A stretch of DNA of 33,440 bases from Eledone cirrhosa (GCA_964016885.1 CAXHJY010000111.1:1-33440), one strand, 5' to 3'. Numbered from the stretch's first letter, positions 9,490 to 21,237 are shown. The notes: generated by a model not told the origin, from the letters alone. Numbers and translations: made by a program.

Positions 9490-11489
9490 ATGGCTAATTC
9501 ACCACTGCACCAAGCAGCTGAAAGCCTTTCTCACAAATTAACACCTCACACCGACACCACCATTGTAAATGATTATACGTCTTCCAACACAAACAATTTA
9601 AGCACTAGCAATATTTTAAATTTGTCTCAGGCAGACATTCATTTCCCGCCATTACCAATGACTGCAGGTGTTAAAGCCGACACCACCACCACCACCACCG
9701 CGACAACCACCACCCCCACCACCACCGCGACAACAGAAACAAAAGGAAAAAATAAATCAACTCGTGATGTCGAAATATTTTCAACCAAAATGGACTCTCC
9801 CAAACCGAACTTCACTGACGTCACCACTACCACAACTGAAACTAAAATTAATAATAACAAAAATAACGATAGCAACAACAACAACAATGACATTAAAAAA
9901 ACGACCCTGAGTTTTGCCAGAGTAGCAAAACAGTTCGAAGCATTTACGGTAACTCAGGGGGATTTAGAAAATGCCGCCAAACAAATGGTAAAGAAAGATG
10001 GGTACAGGGTCAGCCCCCCCCCCCCCCCACCACCACCTAATAAAATGGAGCATCGGCACCTATGCACCGTGTCGTATCGAACAATAAATGTAAAATCGCG
10101 CCGAGTGGAACGGGCATCCGAGTCCCAAATCCAAAAAGCTTTGGGACATGTGTGGGCAAGAAAAACCCACATCAGACGTGGGCAGAAGTATGGAACCGTG
10201 GACGTGTTCTTTGAAACACCAGAGGAGGCTAGAGAACACTCCATGGCCCCATTAAGAAGTGACGACTTCACACTCGTCCCAAGCTATTGTGGCCAGAGAC
10301 TCGTAAAGATCAGGGTGACTCACGTTCCACCAGCCATCGAAATTCCCTGGCTAATAGCGGCCGTCCTCGCCGGCATCGAAGCCAACACAAAGATAATAGC
10401 AATAGCAAAAGAAAAGCAGGAGAACTGGTCCGGATCTGGGATGGAGCTCCAGATCCAAGCGGACCAAAAAAGCATTGAGGAGATCCCAGAGGTAATAGAC
10501 CTCACTGACGGCAGCCACCTCACCGTAATTGTCGAGGGCAGAAGGCCTAGGTGTGTCGTTTGTGGTGAAGGAACCCACCTAAGGGCTTTCTGCCCTCAGG
10601 CTAAAAGGTTGAGGCCACCTCTCCTACCCACCCCAGTGACACAACCATCAACACCACCAGTAGCAGAGATGGCAGCAACAACTGTAGCAGCAACAACAGA
10701 AGCAACTATAACAGCAACAACCCCAGCAACAGTAGCAAAACCAACACCACCACCGCCAGCAAAACCAACACCACCACCACCCAACGCTTCAGAACTAGCA
10801 CCAGCGCCCACACCATCCAACACGCCACAACCAAAACTAACGCCTGTGGAGGATTTTCCACTCTCCGGCCTGTCACAACTGGAGACAGATTGTGACGACG
10901 AGGAGTGGGGAAATGGTATCAGGAAAAAAAAAAGAAACCAAAAAATAAAAAATTCTCTTCCTTCCCCCTCCAAAAACAAAATACAGAGGGAAACAAATAA
11001 AGTAACAAACAAAAAAGTTAGGACAGATATCCCACCATCCACACCAGCATCACCAACCCCATCAACCCAAACACCAACACCATCACCATCATTAACTCCA
11101 ACACCACCATCACCTACACCACAAAAGTCACCAAAATGCGATACAGAAACAAACCCACAACAAACGCAAACAAAACAAAACAACCAAAACGATACACACT
11201 ACACAGCATTAAATTTGAACAATAAGCAATTATTACACTACATTCAACACAACACCACATCACAGAAAAAGACTACACAACAACCCCAAAATTCACACCA
11301 CCTCCACACATACAAATCACTCGCATCACACAGAAAACGTTCATGACACTAAAACAAAAATTCCCCAAAGACATCGGAGACTTCCGACAAGCACTCTCCA
11401 GGAGGATTTATAAGGACATCCTTCCTGAGGAGGCCACAAGCAGTGAAAAGGATGGAGAAACCGTCCTTCCCCTACGAGAAGTAAGGTAA
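9490..11489 (+). pseudogene. Tx1 copy 2 ORF1 with one frameshift near 11257
   Basis: CCHC knuckle CVVCGEGTHLRAFC. After about 11257 the shifted frame reads ITEKDY...KQKFPKDIGDFR...RRIYKDILPEE...LPLREVR* (TAA 11487-11489), matching the copy 1 C-terminus KFPNAVGDFR...RRVYSDILLEE...LPKVR*. Confidence 0.85.
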
Positions 11490-11523
11490 GTGGTCTTTCC
11501 CATCTTTTCCACTCCTTTTCAAC

Positions 11524-14500
11524 ATGACCTCACTCAGAATAGTCAGCATAAATGCGCGTGGCTTGGGGTCGTCATGGAAGCAGGGCCACCTGCTCAACGA
11601 CCTCAGGTCACTAAACATAGATGTAGTGGCCATCAGCGAGACCAGAATCTCCGAAACACGGGCCTTCGCACCGATCTTCGGCGGCTACGATGTGTACGCA
11701 TCTCCCAGCCGTCCGGGAACGGGGGGAGGAGTTGCTGTGCTTTTGCGGAGAGGTTTGGATCTTGCCATACGGGCCATCTTCCTGGACCCAGAAGGTAAGT
11801 TGGTGGTGCTGGACGTGACCAGCGGAGAAGGGCAAGCTTTCAGGTTAGTGGCCGTCTATGCCCCGACAGGAGCAGGGCGGCCTGATTTCTTCCGGCGTCT
11901 GGAGACCTTTCCTGGAACGTCCCGCTCTTTAGTGTTAGTGGGCGACTGGAACGGGATCTTAGATGCACGCTGGGATTGTGTGGGATTAGTGGATAGGGAA
12001 GGAGGGTGCCAGAGTCTCACCAACCTGCTCAGGCGTTTTGAACCGTCTGACAGGTACCGAATGGATTTCCCGAATGTACCAATGTGGACTTGGACAAATC
12101 GCATTGGGTCATCCAGATCATATCTAGATAGAGTATTTTGTAGGGAAATAGATAGGTCTAGCATAGGCTGTCCACAATTCAAGATAGTCAGCTACACGGA
12201 CCACAAATTCGTGATCTGTGTGCTTGACTTAGATAGGCTTCATAGACGAGGACCCGGCTACTGGAAGCTAAACGCGTCCTTACCAGCGCGCAAGGCCTAG
12301 AGAGACCGGATTAGCGAACTAGTTAAGCGGGCGTTGACGGGGGCCATCGTCAACAACAAGTGGTGGTTTGCTCTGAAAAGAGCAATTAGAATAGAGTCCA
12401 TTAGGTTTAGTAAGGCTTTAGCAATAGAGAAAAATAGAGCAGAGGGAGAATTAGTTAGAAAATTAGACGAGGCGCTTAGCAAAGGCATCGCGACGGGCGT
12501 ACTTGCGGCGAAATTAGCCCTTGACCAATTCTTCAATGCAAAGCACGAAGGCTGCGTTGTCAGAGCTAGGGTGCGTGCTCTCAGACACGAAGGGACGAAA
12601 GCCGTTCAATGGGCCCGAGTGGCGGAGGCGCGTCGTGGCAATAAAGCCACGATCCGGTCTTTGGTGGACCACGATGGGCGCATGCTACTCGATCCCGGGA
12701 AAATGTGTGAAGCTTTTCAGCGACACTTCGCTCAACTGTTCGGGAGAGTGGCGGGCCGGATCGAGGGATGGACTTTAGTGTCTACCTCGACGGACTACCG
12801 CGGCTTTCGGCCACTGAGGCGGAGTGTTGCGAAAAGCCGATAACAACCGCTGAAGTACGGGAGGCAATGACTGGCTGCACAAGGGGTAAATCGCCTGGTT
12901 TAGATGGTCTGCCCTATGAACTTTACGTACAAATGCCAGACTTGTTCGGAGGCCTCTTGGCGGACGTCTACTGCAACTGGCAACAGAACGGGAGAATTCC
13001 CAGCTCTGTGAGCCGAGGAGCGGTGGCGCTGCTGAGAAAGGATCAGAACAAGGGGGATAAACATAGATAATTTTAGGCCCATAACTCTGCTAAACACAGA
13101 GTTCAAGATTTTGGCCAAGGTGCTAGCAAAGAGGTTGGCGCTTGTCATTTGTAGTCTGGTGGGAGAGGCACAGACATGCGCCATTCCCGACAGATCCATC
13201 CACGACAACCTCCACCTCATGCGATACATCGTAGAGAGGGTAGCTAGGGAACCTGGCACGGGTGGGTCTTTGATCAATTTAGATCAGTCGAAAGTCTTCG
13301 ATAGGGTCGACCATCGTTACCTAGCGGCAGTCCTGAGGGCGGCTGGCTTTGGGCCCGTTTTCAGAGGCTGGATCGCTGCCATGCACAGCGACATCTGCTC
13401 TGTAGTGAGAGTGAACGGTCACCTTTCGGAACCGTTCAACATCATGCGCTCGGTCCGCCAAGGATGTCCCCTCTCGTCCCTATTGTACGTATTGACTCTC
13501 GAGCCATTACTGCACAACTGGAGACGTTGAGGGGTGTCCTGCGCGAACTAGGATGCGGAAGATCCGTGTCAGCATATGCGGACGATGTCACCATAGTGGT
13601 GTCGAACGCCAAACACATCGAGGCGATCGGCACTACACTAAGAGAATACGAAGCGGTGACAGGAGCAATGATCAACCAGGAAAAGTCAGTGGGCCTGCAG
13701 CTCGGCACCTGGAGAGGCAGGTCCATGCCGTCCAACAGCGTCGTCGAGCGCTGGACGGACGGACCGGTTAAATTGCTAGGGGTCTGGTTCGGTCCAGACC
13801 TCCAGACGGACAAAAACTGGGACGAGGTGACGAGCAGGGTGGCTTCTCTCAACCAGAAATGGGCCGAGAGGAAGCTATCCCTGAAAGGTCGAGCGGAGGT
13901 GGCTAACGCGTACATCGCGTCCGTCATCTACTACCGCCTGACCGTCGTACCTTGTCCTAAGCCCCGCCTGACTGCGCTGGAGCGTTTGCTCTTTCGCTTC
14001 TTGTGGAAGGGACGCGCTCCGATGGTCAGGCGGTCCATCTGCTGTCAACACCCGCTACGTGGAGGGCTGGGCATTCTGTGGCTGATGATGTGCAGACACG
14101 CGCTCAGGCTACGACATCTCCCTCTCTTCCTCGACGGTGATCAGGTGTGTTCCCCGTTTGCTAGACCCGTTTTTCCCCAGCTCGTCTCCTTGACGGAGCT
14201 GCAGTCCTGGGTCAAGCGAAGACCGAGAGGGAGCGCTTGGAGACTGGAATGTCTTTAGGCGCTCACAGCACTCGACCAATCGGGCAATGTGATCGGTGGA
14301 AACTCCACCTTGGCGTTCTGTAAGGGATTAGTGGAGGGTAAGAGCGACGACGTACTTGGAGAAACTCTAGGCGTCGACGAAAATCAACTAGCCAATCTCT
14401 TCGGAAGGACTTTCGGGCCGGGGCCTATGGACAACTTCCAGAAATCCCTGGCCTGGCAGTGCTACCGGGGAGCTTTGCCAGTTCGGGATAAACTCTACAG

Positions 14501-14942
14501 GCATGGAGGTGCCGTCAGCCAGGCATGTCCGAGATGCGCACAGGGCGACGAAACCGTCCTGCACGCACTCGTCCAGTGTCCGAGCATTGCTGACTTGTGG
14601 GTTTATGTCGAACACCTGCTGTCACGTGTAGGACGGATCCAGCTATCAGCTGAGTCCATCGTGAGGATTGCCCCGCCCTCTTCCTTTAGCCGGGAAGGGC
14701 AGGCAGTTTTTATCTGTCTGGTGGCCATGGCGAAAGAGATAGTATGGTGGACACGTTTGAAAGGGCTGAAGACGAGCACTTACCTCTTCGGTGATGCCCT
14801 GATTAACTTTTTCAAATTTCATTTGAAAAGGAAAATCAGGGTAGAGAGGGAAGTGCTCTCTTCCCAGCATTTTGTTGAAAGATGGGTGAGAGAAGCAAGT
14901 ATGGCCCGAATGAATGGGCCTTCTCTGAGTATGTGTCTGTAA
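11524..14942 (+). pseudogene. Tx1 copy 2 ORF2, disrupted
   Basis: Near identical to copy 1 ORF2 but with TAC>TAG at 12298-12300, a -1 indel near 12750, +1 near 13060, -1 near 13517 and CAG>TAG at 14256-14258. Confidence 0.93.
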
Positions 14943-15210
14943 ATTAAAGGTGGAAAACTGGGAGAGGGCACTTGCCCTGGTGGTCAGGGTCACTGTGGTC
15001 TTTTAATGGGCTTTCTCCACAAATGTCCCTCGGAAGTCTCCCCCCTATTGGGGAATTTTTCTTTGTTATTTTATTACATCCTCTGTTTTTTTACACGCAG
15101 AAATGCCCATTTCTACCGTCCTGTATTGTCCTGTACTGTCCTTAATGTCTACTTTATGTAAACCCTTGTGGTTAATAAAGAAAACTTTATTATTATTATT
15201 ATTATTCGCC

Positions 15211-15268
15211 TACTAAAGTACCAGTAATGCACTGGGTAATTGCTGGCCTCGTGCCAAAAGTAGAAACA
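15211..15268 (+). mobile_element. 5'-truncated SINE family A 3' end with a 13-bp TSD
   Basis: AAAGTACCAGTAATGCACTGGG...GTGCCAAAAGTAGAAACA is flanked by ATTATTATTCGCC at 15198-15210 and 15269-15281. Confidence 0.75.
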
Positions 15269-15275
15269 ATTATTA

Positions 15276-15355
15276 TTCGCCCACTTATTCCTGAGATGGT
15301 CGTAGGGACAGGGGCCTCAAACACACCTTCCAGCGGGTCCTGTCAGAAGCAACCA
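15276..15355 (-). mobile_element. RTE-clade LINE extreme 3' end fragment
   Basis: TTCGCCCACTTATTCCTGAGA...TCAGAAGCAAC matches 28245-28323. Confidence 0.75.
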
Positions 15356-15494
15356 TTGAACTAAATCTTATAGACATGTTTCTTTACGTATCTGGAAGAT
15401 TAAAGATTATGCCACTCTCATGAGATGAAATATAATAGAAAACTGTTGTTTTGTTATTTGAATATAATGCTTATATTATTATTACTTTCTTTAG

Positions 15495-15935
15495 CATAGT
15501 TACGTTCCTTTACGGTCTGAGTTCAAATCCCGTCGAGGTTAAATTTTGTTTTTCATCCTTACGGGGTCGATAAATTAAAGTACAAGTAATGTACTGGGTA
15601 ATTGCTGGCCTTGTGCCAAAAGTAGAAACAATTATTATTACTTTCTTTATTTTTGTATTTATTTTATATTTGTTGTTGTTGTTTTGTTTGCACGCCAAGG
15701 AGGAACCCCATCTCGGATGCTTGTATTCACGATATAATTCTTTCGGGCTGTGGATTGGCAGTATCGGTAGAGAGTCGGACACCATGCTTTGAAGCATAGA
15801 GTTACGTCCCTTTATGATCTGAGTTCAAATGCCCCCGAGGTTAACTTTGCCTTTCATCCTTACGGTGCCGATAAAATAGAGTACCAGTAATGTATTGAGT
15901 AATTGCTGGCCTTGTGCCTAAAATGGAAACAATTA
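15495..15935 (+). mobile_element. Two SINE family A copies in direct orientation (about 15495-15638 and 15745-15935)
   Basis: Both contain TCTGAGTTCAAAT..GAGGTTAA..TTTCATCCTTACGG..GATAAA..GTAC.AGTAATGTA..GTAATTGCTGGCCTTGTGCC..GAAACAATTAT. Confidence 0.85.
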
Positions 15936-16167
15936 TCTAAGATTTATGACCATAGGAAGGGTTTATTTAGCAAGGTTGATAAATAAAATACCACTAGGTG
16001 CTAGGGTTGATTCTTTTCCTAATATCTCTTTCTCACTAGGAATAAACAATAACAACATTATAGAGTCTTTGATGTTTGTATTTATTTATTGTTTTTATTA
16101 TAGTTTGAAAGTAATAATGTATATTTTTATGAAAATCATGTTTCCATTTTATGGTTCACGATTGTCA

Positions 16168-16462
16168 TAAACAGTCAAAACAACAACAACAAAAGTAACA
16201 ACAGCAACAATAATAACAGCAACAACAAAAGCAATAACAACAACAGTAACAACAGTAATAACAACAGCAACAAAAACAATAGCAGCAGCAGCAACAACAA
16301 CTAAAGCAATAACAACAACAACAACAACACCAACAACAGTAACAACGACAATAGTAACAACGACAAAAACAACAACAGTAACAACAACAAGAATTAACAA
16401 CAACAGTAACAATGATAAAAACTAACAACAACAGTAACAACTACGAAAACTAACAACAACAG
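16168..16462. repeat. Degenerate (AAC)n tract
   Basis: Read directly from the sequence. Confidence 0.9.
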
Positions 16463-16469
16463 TATGTGT

Positions 16470-16776
16470 GAAGGTGCGTGGCTTAGTGGTTAGGGTATTC
16501 GGCTCACAATCGTAATGTCTTGAGTTCGATTCCCGGTGGTGCGTTGTATCCTTGAGCAAGACACTTTATTTCAACTGGCAAAAGTGAGTTGTACCTGTAA
16601 TTTGAAGGGCCAGCCTTATCACATTCTGTGTCACACTGAATCTCCCTGAGAACTACGTTAAGGGTACGCTTGTCTGTGGAATGCTCAGCCAGTAGCACGT
16701 TAATTTCACGAGCAGGTTGTTCCGTTGATCAGATCCACTGGAACACTCGTCATCGTAACCGACGGAGTACCAGTAG
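16470..16776 (+). mobile_element. tRNA-derived SINE family B, near full length
   Basis: A box TGGCTTAGTGG and B box GAGTTCGATTCCC, then CCTTGAGCAAGACACTTTATTTCA and a non-tRNA body. A second copy lies at about 22270-22500 on the minus strand. Confidence 0.85.
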
Positions 16777-16779
16777 TAT

Positions 16780-17088
16780 GTATAGGCCGTAACTCTTGAG
16801 GTAGTCGTAGGGGTGCCATATTGGGCAATTTTTTAAACCCGGTGGAGCATATCTACCTTCCAGCAGATTTCTTCCAGAGAAGAATAGAGTAAGAGAATGG
16901 AAGTGAGAAAGAGATATAGATGAAGAATCGATTCAGTACATGACTGGTACTTTTTTTTTATCAACCAAGAAAGGATGAAAAGCAAAGTTGACCTCGGCGG
17001 GATTTGAACTCAGAGAGGAGAGGAGAGAAGTGGAACGAATACCGCAAAGCATTCTATCTGACGTTCTAACGACTCTGCCAACTAACCC
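16780..17088 (-). mobile_element. SINE family A head with an alternative 3' tail
   Basis: Head GGATGAAAAGCAAAGTTGACCTCGGCGGGATTTGAACTCAG. Tail (reverse complement TCTCTGGAAGAAATC...TTACGGCCTATA) is shared with 26965-27075. Confidence 0.65.
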
Positions 17089-17090
17089 CC

Positions 17091-17615
17091 TAACAGCAAC
17101 AGTAACAACAACAACAGTAACAACAACAAAAACAACAGCAACGACAGTAATAATAACGAAAACAACAAAAACAACAGTAACAACAACAAAAACAACAGCA
17201 ACAACAGTAATAATAACGAAAACAACAAAAACAACAACAGTAACAAAAACAAAAATAACAACAGCAACAACAACGAAAACAACAAAAAACAACAGCAGCA
17301 ACAACAGTAAGAACAATGAAAACAACAACTACAATAACAACAACAGTAACAAAAACAAAAGTAACAAAAACAGCAACAACAACAAAAAGAACAAAAGCAA
17401 CAGCAGCAACAACAGTAACAACAAAAACAACAACAAAAACAACAGCAACAACAGTAATATTAACGAAAATAACAAAAACAGCAACAACAGTAACAAAAAC
17501 AAATAACAACAACAACAACAACAACGAAAACAACAAAAAACAACAGCAGCAACAACAGCAACAACAATGAAAACAACAAAAACAATAAGAACAATAACAA
17601 CAACAACAACAAAAG
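17091..17615. repeat. Degenerate (AAC)n tract with an internal duplication of about 60 bp
   Basis: Read directly from the sequence; ACAACAGTAACAACAACAAAAACAACAGCAAC.ACAGTAATAATAACGAAAACAAC occurs twice. Confidence 0.9.
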
Positions 17616-17739
17616 TATAAATCTTAGGAAAGACGTTAAGTGTCAAGGGACATAACTATTGTACAACAGGTCACAGATATAGGAAATATATATAGAGTTA
17701 AGATTGTTTAACTGACTGATGTAATATATAGTTAATTAA

Positions 17740-18088
17740 TGGTGGTGGTGGTGGCGGTGGTGGTAGCGGTGCTTGTGGTGGTAGCGGTGGTGGTGGTGGT
17801 AGCGGTGGTTGTGGTGGTGGTAACGGTGGTTGTGGTGGTTGTGGTGGTGGTAGTGGTGGTAGAGGTGTTGGTGGTGGTGGTAACGGTGGTTGTGGTGGTA
17901 ACGGTTGTTGTTGTGGTGGTGGTGGTGGTAGTAGTAGTGGTTGTGGTGGTGGTGGTGATGATGGTGGTCTTGGTGGTGTTGGTAGTGGTGGTGGTAGTGG
18001 TGGTGGTAACGGTGGTTGTGCTGTTGTTGCTGGTGGTCGAGGTAGTGGTGATGTTGTTGATTTTGGTGGTGGTAGCGACGGTGGTTGT
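17740..18088. repeat. Degenerate (GGT)n tract
   Basis: Read directly from the sequence. Confidence 0.9.
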
Positions 18089-18109
18089 TTATTGTTGATG
18101 GTCTTCTTT

Positions 18110-18960
18110 CAGGTGTATCGAGTCTGGCTTGGACCAACTCCGCCTCGCCTACCTCCGCTCCGCTTCACATCCAAACAGCGGAGCATGGCTCAATTCAGTG
18201 CCCTCCTTATCAACCGGTACCCTTCCTAATGACGAGTTCACTCGCATCGGCGTTGTCCAACACCTCAACCTCCGCGTGGATGAGCCACATAAATGCTGTT
18301 GCGTGGTGATCGTTGCACTCACTGTCTTGCACTCACTGTCTTGCCGCCAGAGCGCAGGCCGGTTCCCTAGACATGTCGTTCTCAATGACATATTGAGAAG
18401 GAGCCTGGACGCAGCAGGTTTCCCATCACAACTGGAACTAGCAGGCTTTGACTGTGGAGACGGCATAAGTCCTGACGGAATTACCCTCTTCCCATCTAGG
18501 ATGCCACATGTTGTGACATATTCTCCTCCTCCAGGTTAATCGCTTCAGCCACAAACCCTGGTACTGTGGCTCGCTATGCAGAGGAAAGGAAGATAAACAA
18601 ATACCTGGTATTGTCCGGCAGCTTCCTCTTGACACCGGTCGCCATCGAGACCTTAGGCGTTCTTCGACCCCGTACTGCTGAGCCCCACTGCAAGATCGGA
18701 ACGTCGGCGGCCCATCTGAGGAAGGAGCTCCGCGGGAATGGTTTTGCCGATTTTTCCACGGGTCGCAGCCCCCTTACCTCCGTGTCCTAGGCCCAGAGCA
18801 CAATCACCCTCACCCCCTCCTCATTCTTCCATGGCACTAGAACCCTTATCTTTCCCTTCCTTTTCTGTTTATTTTATATTTTCTTATTATATATTCCATT
18901 CTTTCTTCTCAATCTACTTTTTTCTGTTTCTATTAAACTGTATTTTACTATAATAAACAA
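18110..18960 (+). mobile_element. 5'-truncated, decayed CRE-like non-LTR retrotransposon (zinc finger and restriction-like endonuclease region, 3'UTR)
   Basis: Translation SGAWLNSVPS...CCC...HSLSC...GRFPRHVVLNDILRRSL...G..PDGITLFP, then AEERKINKY...PVAIETLG...LRGN. These are the RH, PD and AE..K..KY/ET.G motifs of RLE-type ORFs. T-rich 3'UTR with AATAAA near 18952. Confidence 0.8.
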
Positions 18961-19153
18961 TTTACTTCTGTAAATTAATTATATTTAACAAATAGTTAGG
19001 TTATTCTCCGTCGTGAAATCAAACCATGCTGGAGTTGTCTTTAGATATAATCTTTTCTATGAATGTTTAAATAAGTATTAACCGAAGATAACTATTTTAC
19101 CTCTGTAACTATTTTACAGAAGATAACAGACGCTTTCTAATGTATATATAATA

Positions 19154-20028
19154 CTAGCAGCTGAGCCTGGTTGCACCCGGGGCCACTTTTTATTAAGTTA
19201 ATAATTTGAAAAATATTATTGAAAGTTTATTATAAAGAAGCAGTTTCAGGAAAAAAAAATAGAAATATGCACTTGGGACTGGACGGCGTACAGTGAGAGG
19301 TGGGACGACGTGAAAAAGCGTTGTTTATTAACAGCGAAATAGCAATGTCGATGATATGCAATTTGAAAAATACTACTTACTCTTAGTGGTGGTTAACATG
19401 TATTAGAATTAAAATAAAAACACGCATCCCTTCTTCGCAATTTAAGGGTTTTATTTCTTTTGATGGAAAACAGTGACCGTACTGCAGAATCGATTTCATA
19501 AAACGGTACTATGAAAATGAAACGTACTGTAGAAGGCAACAGTTTATTAATCTGCATTTTCAAACTTGCATATCATCGACATTGCTATTTCGCTGTTAAT
19601 AAACAATGCTTTTCACGTCGCTCCACTTCTCATTGTACGCCGTCCAGCCCCAAGTGCATATTTCTATTTTTTTCCCTGAAACTGCTTCTTTATAATAAAC
19701 TTTCAATAATATTTTTCAAATTATTGGTACTGTATGTTAACAGCGAAAGAAAGTTGATGAGTTTAAAAATTTGTATGAAATTGTAAATAACTCAGCCAAG
19801 TATTAGAACAGGGGGAAATAACTCACCGAACGCGATAGTAAATAGACTGTTTGGGGATCCTAGAGACCACATTTTTCAAGTTAGAGATTTGAAACCTCGT
19901 CTATTTGCTTCCTTGGCACTTTTTACATAGGTGTGTAAATTTTCATGACCCGTCCGACCACGTCTACTACCATTTAACCGTGCACATCTGAATTTCAACC
20001 ACCACCCATTTCACAAATATATATTAGA
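19154..20028 (-). mobile_element. Non-autonomous Helitron 1
   Basis: On the minus strand it begins TC(TAATATATAT) at 20028 and ends CTAG at 19157-19154 followed by T. Subterminal GC hairpin CCTGG-TTGCAC-CCGGG at 19166-19181. Confidence 0.7.
19200..19725. repeat. Inverted repeat, arms of about 170 bp (19200-19370 / 19556-19725), spacer about 185 bp
   Basis: AATAATTTGAAAAATATTATTGAAAGTTTATTATAAAGAAGCAGTTTCAGG... and its reverse complement, with a few mismatches. Confidence 0.9.
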
Positions 20029-21097
20029 CTAGCAGAGGTACCCGACGTTGCTCGGATATTAAATAGCAATTGTGTATACCATTTATGTCAATACTTCAGT
20101 GCTGCTTCGAAAACTATACTTTTACAAAATCATCGGCTTTTTCCAAAAAGGGGTTCCTGCCGCCAGGGGTCCCCTACCCAATATGTGTCAATTCTGAGAG
20201 TTCACATTCATCTGTAGGACAAACGTAGCCCATGTGTCAAGTTTTGTGAAAATCGGTTGCGAACTCCAGAAGTTATGACGTTTTGTTGCATTGCATTGCA
20301 GTGCTTCAGTCGACTCCAAGGAAATGGTTAAAGTGGTTAAGGGGGTTATCTGCCGGGGGGGGGGGGGCTATAATAAATATCTGGAAAAATGACAGTGCCC
20401 ATGACCTTCTGGAATACATAAGTAACCTATGTCTTAAGTTTGGTGAAAATACTGTAGAAATGCATAAGGTTTATACATACGCGCGTGCGTTCGTGTGTGT
20501 GTGGGGGGGGGGGATGTATTTGTGTGTGCGTATGTCTGTGTATGTCCGTCGGGGCATACGTATGTACTGGCCTAAATCTTCACTATTTACTTTTACTATT
20601 TTAATAACCTCTGTCATTTTCGTTTTCAATTTTATTTACATCATTCTTAAACTCCGGGGCTGGAAATGATTCTGTTATTTTAAATAGAATATTAGTCTAA
20701 CGACTCCATTTATACCATAAACTTGGTCTTGTCTTTGCGTGAAATTGTTCTTCACGCGCTCCACATAACGACGTATTATCCCTGCTTTTTTCCCGTTCAG
20801 GGAACGTCTTCACGAACCAAAATATCGTCTTCCTATTTTCGTTCGGTTGCAACGTTTCTCGAAATATTTACTTCTGCATTCACAGATTACTCTCAGTTCA
20901 ATTTGAATGGGAAATTCCTGTTTCATCGATTTGCTCCGTAACCATGGAAGATTGTTGCTTGAAAGTCGACCCAACGCCTCCTCGGGTCATTCTGCATAAC
21001 TGTGTCAATTTTCGCTGCATTCCACCAAGCCGTTTCAACGTTTATCCGACTACACCTACATATACAACGTCCGACTACTTCCAATTTATATAGTAGA
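20029..21097 (-). mobile_element. Non-autonomous Helitron 2, fused head-to-tail with Helitron 1
   Basis: Minus strand A|TCTACTATATAAA at 21098/21097, ending CTAG at 20032-20029. Hairpin CCGA-CGTTGC-TCGG near 20042-20055. Confidence 0.65.
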
Positions 21098-21206
21098 TTT
21101 GTTTATATATGAATGACAAAAAGAAAAGTACAAAACTATACATGAATTGTTTCTACTAAACCTTCAATTTAAGACACAACCTACATATTTGATAGGACTC
21201 CAGCTC

Positions 21207-21207
<1 letters not shown>

Positions 21208-21237
<30 letters not shown>

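Larger units (their letters stand above)
9281..15186 (+). mobile_element. Full-length, decayed Tx1-clade retrotransposon (copy 2)
   Basis: Same architecture as copy 1, AATAAA at 15174-15179, followed by (TTA)n at 15187-15206. Confidence 0.92.

Noticed and set aside
8970-9497. 175-aa ORF bridging the two Tx1 copies
   Set aside because: GTG start; it runs through the 3'UTR and (TTA)n as poly-Leu, and the copy 2 3'UTR has indels relative to it.
3520-14993. Many short antisense or alternate-frame ORFs inside the Tx1 copies, some shared by both
   Set aside because: They are shadows of ORF1/ORF2, and their sharing follows from the nucleotide identity of the copies.
3195-15186. Simple tandem segmental duplication or assembly duplicate
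   Set aside because: The 5'UTRs and ORF1s differ strongly and copy 2 has its own nonsense substitutions. Some single-base indels could still be sequencing errors.
16470-16545. tRNA gene
   Set aside because: A and B boxes are present but no convincing cloverleaf, and it continues into a SINE body with another copy in the window.
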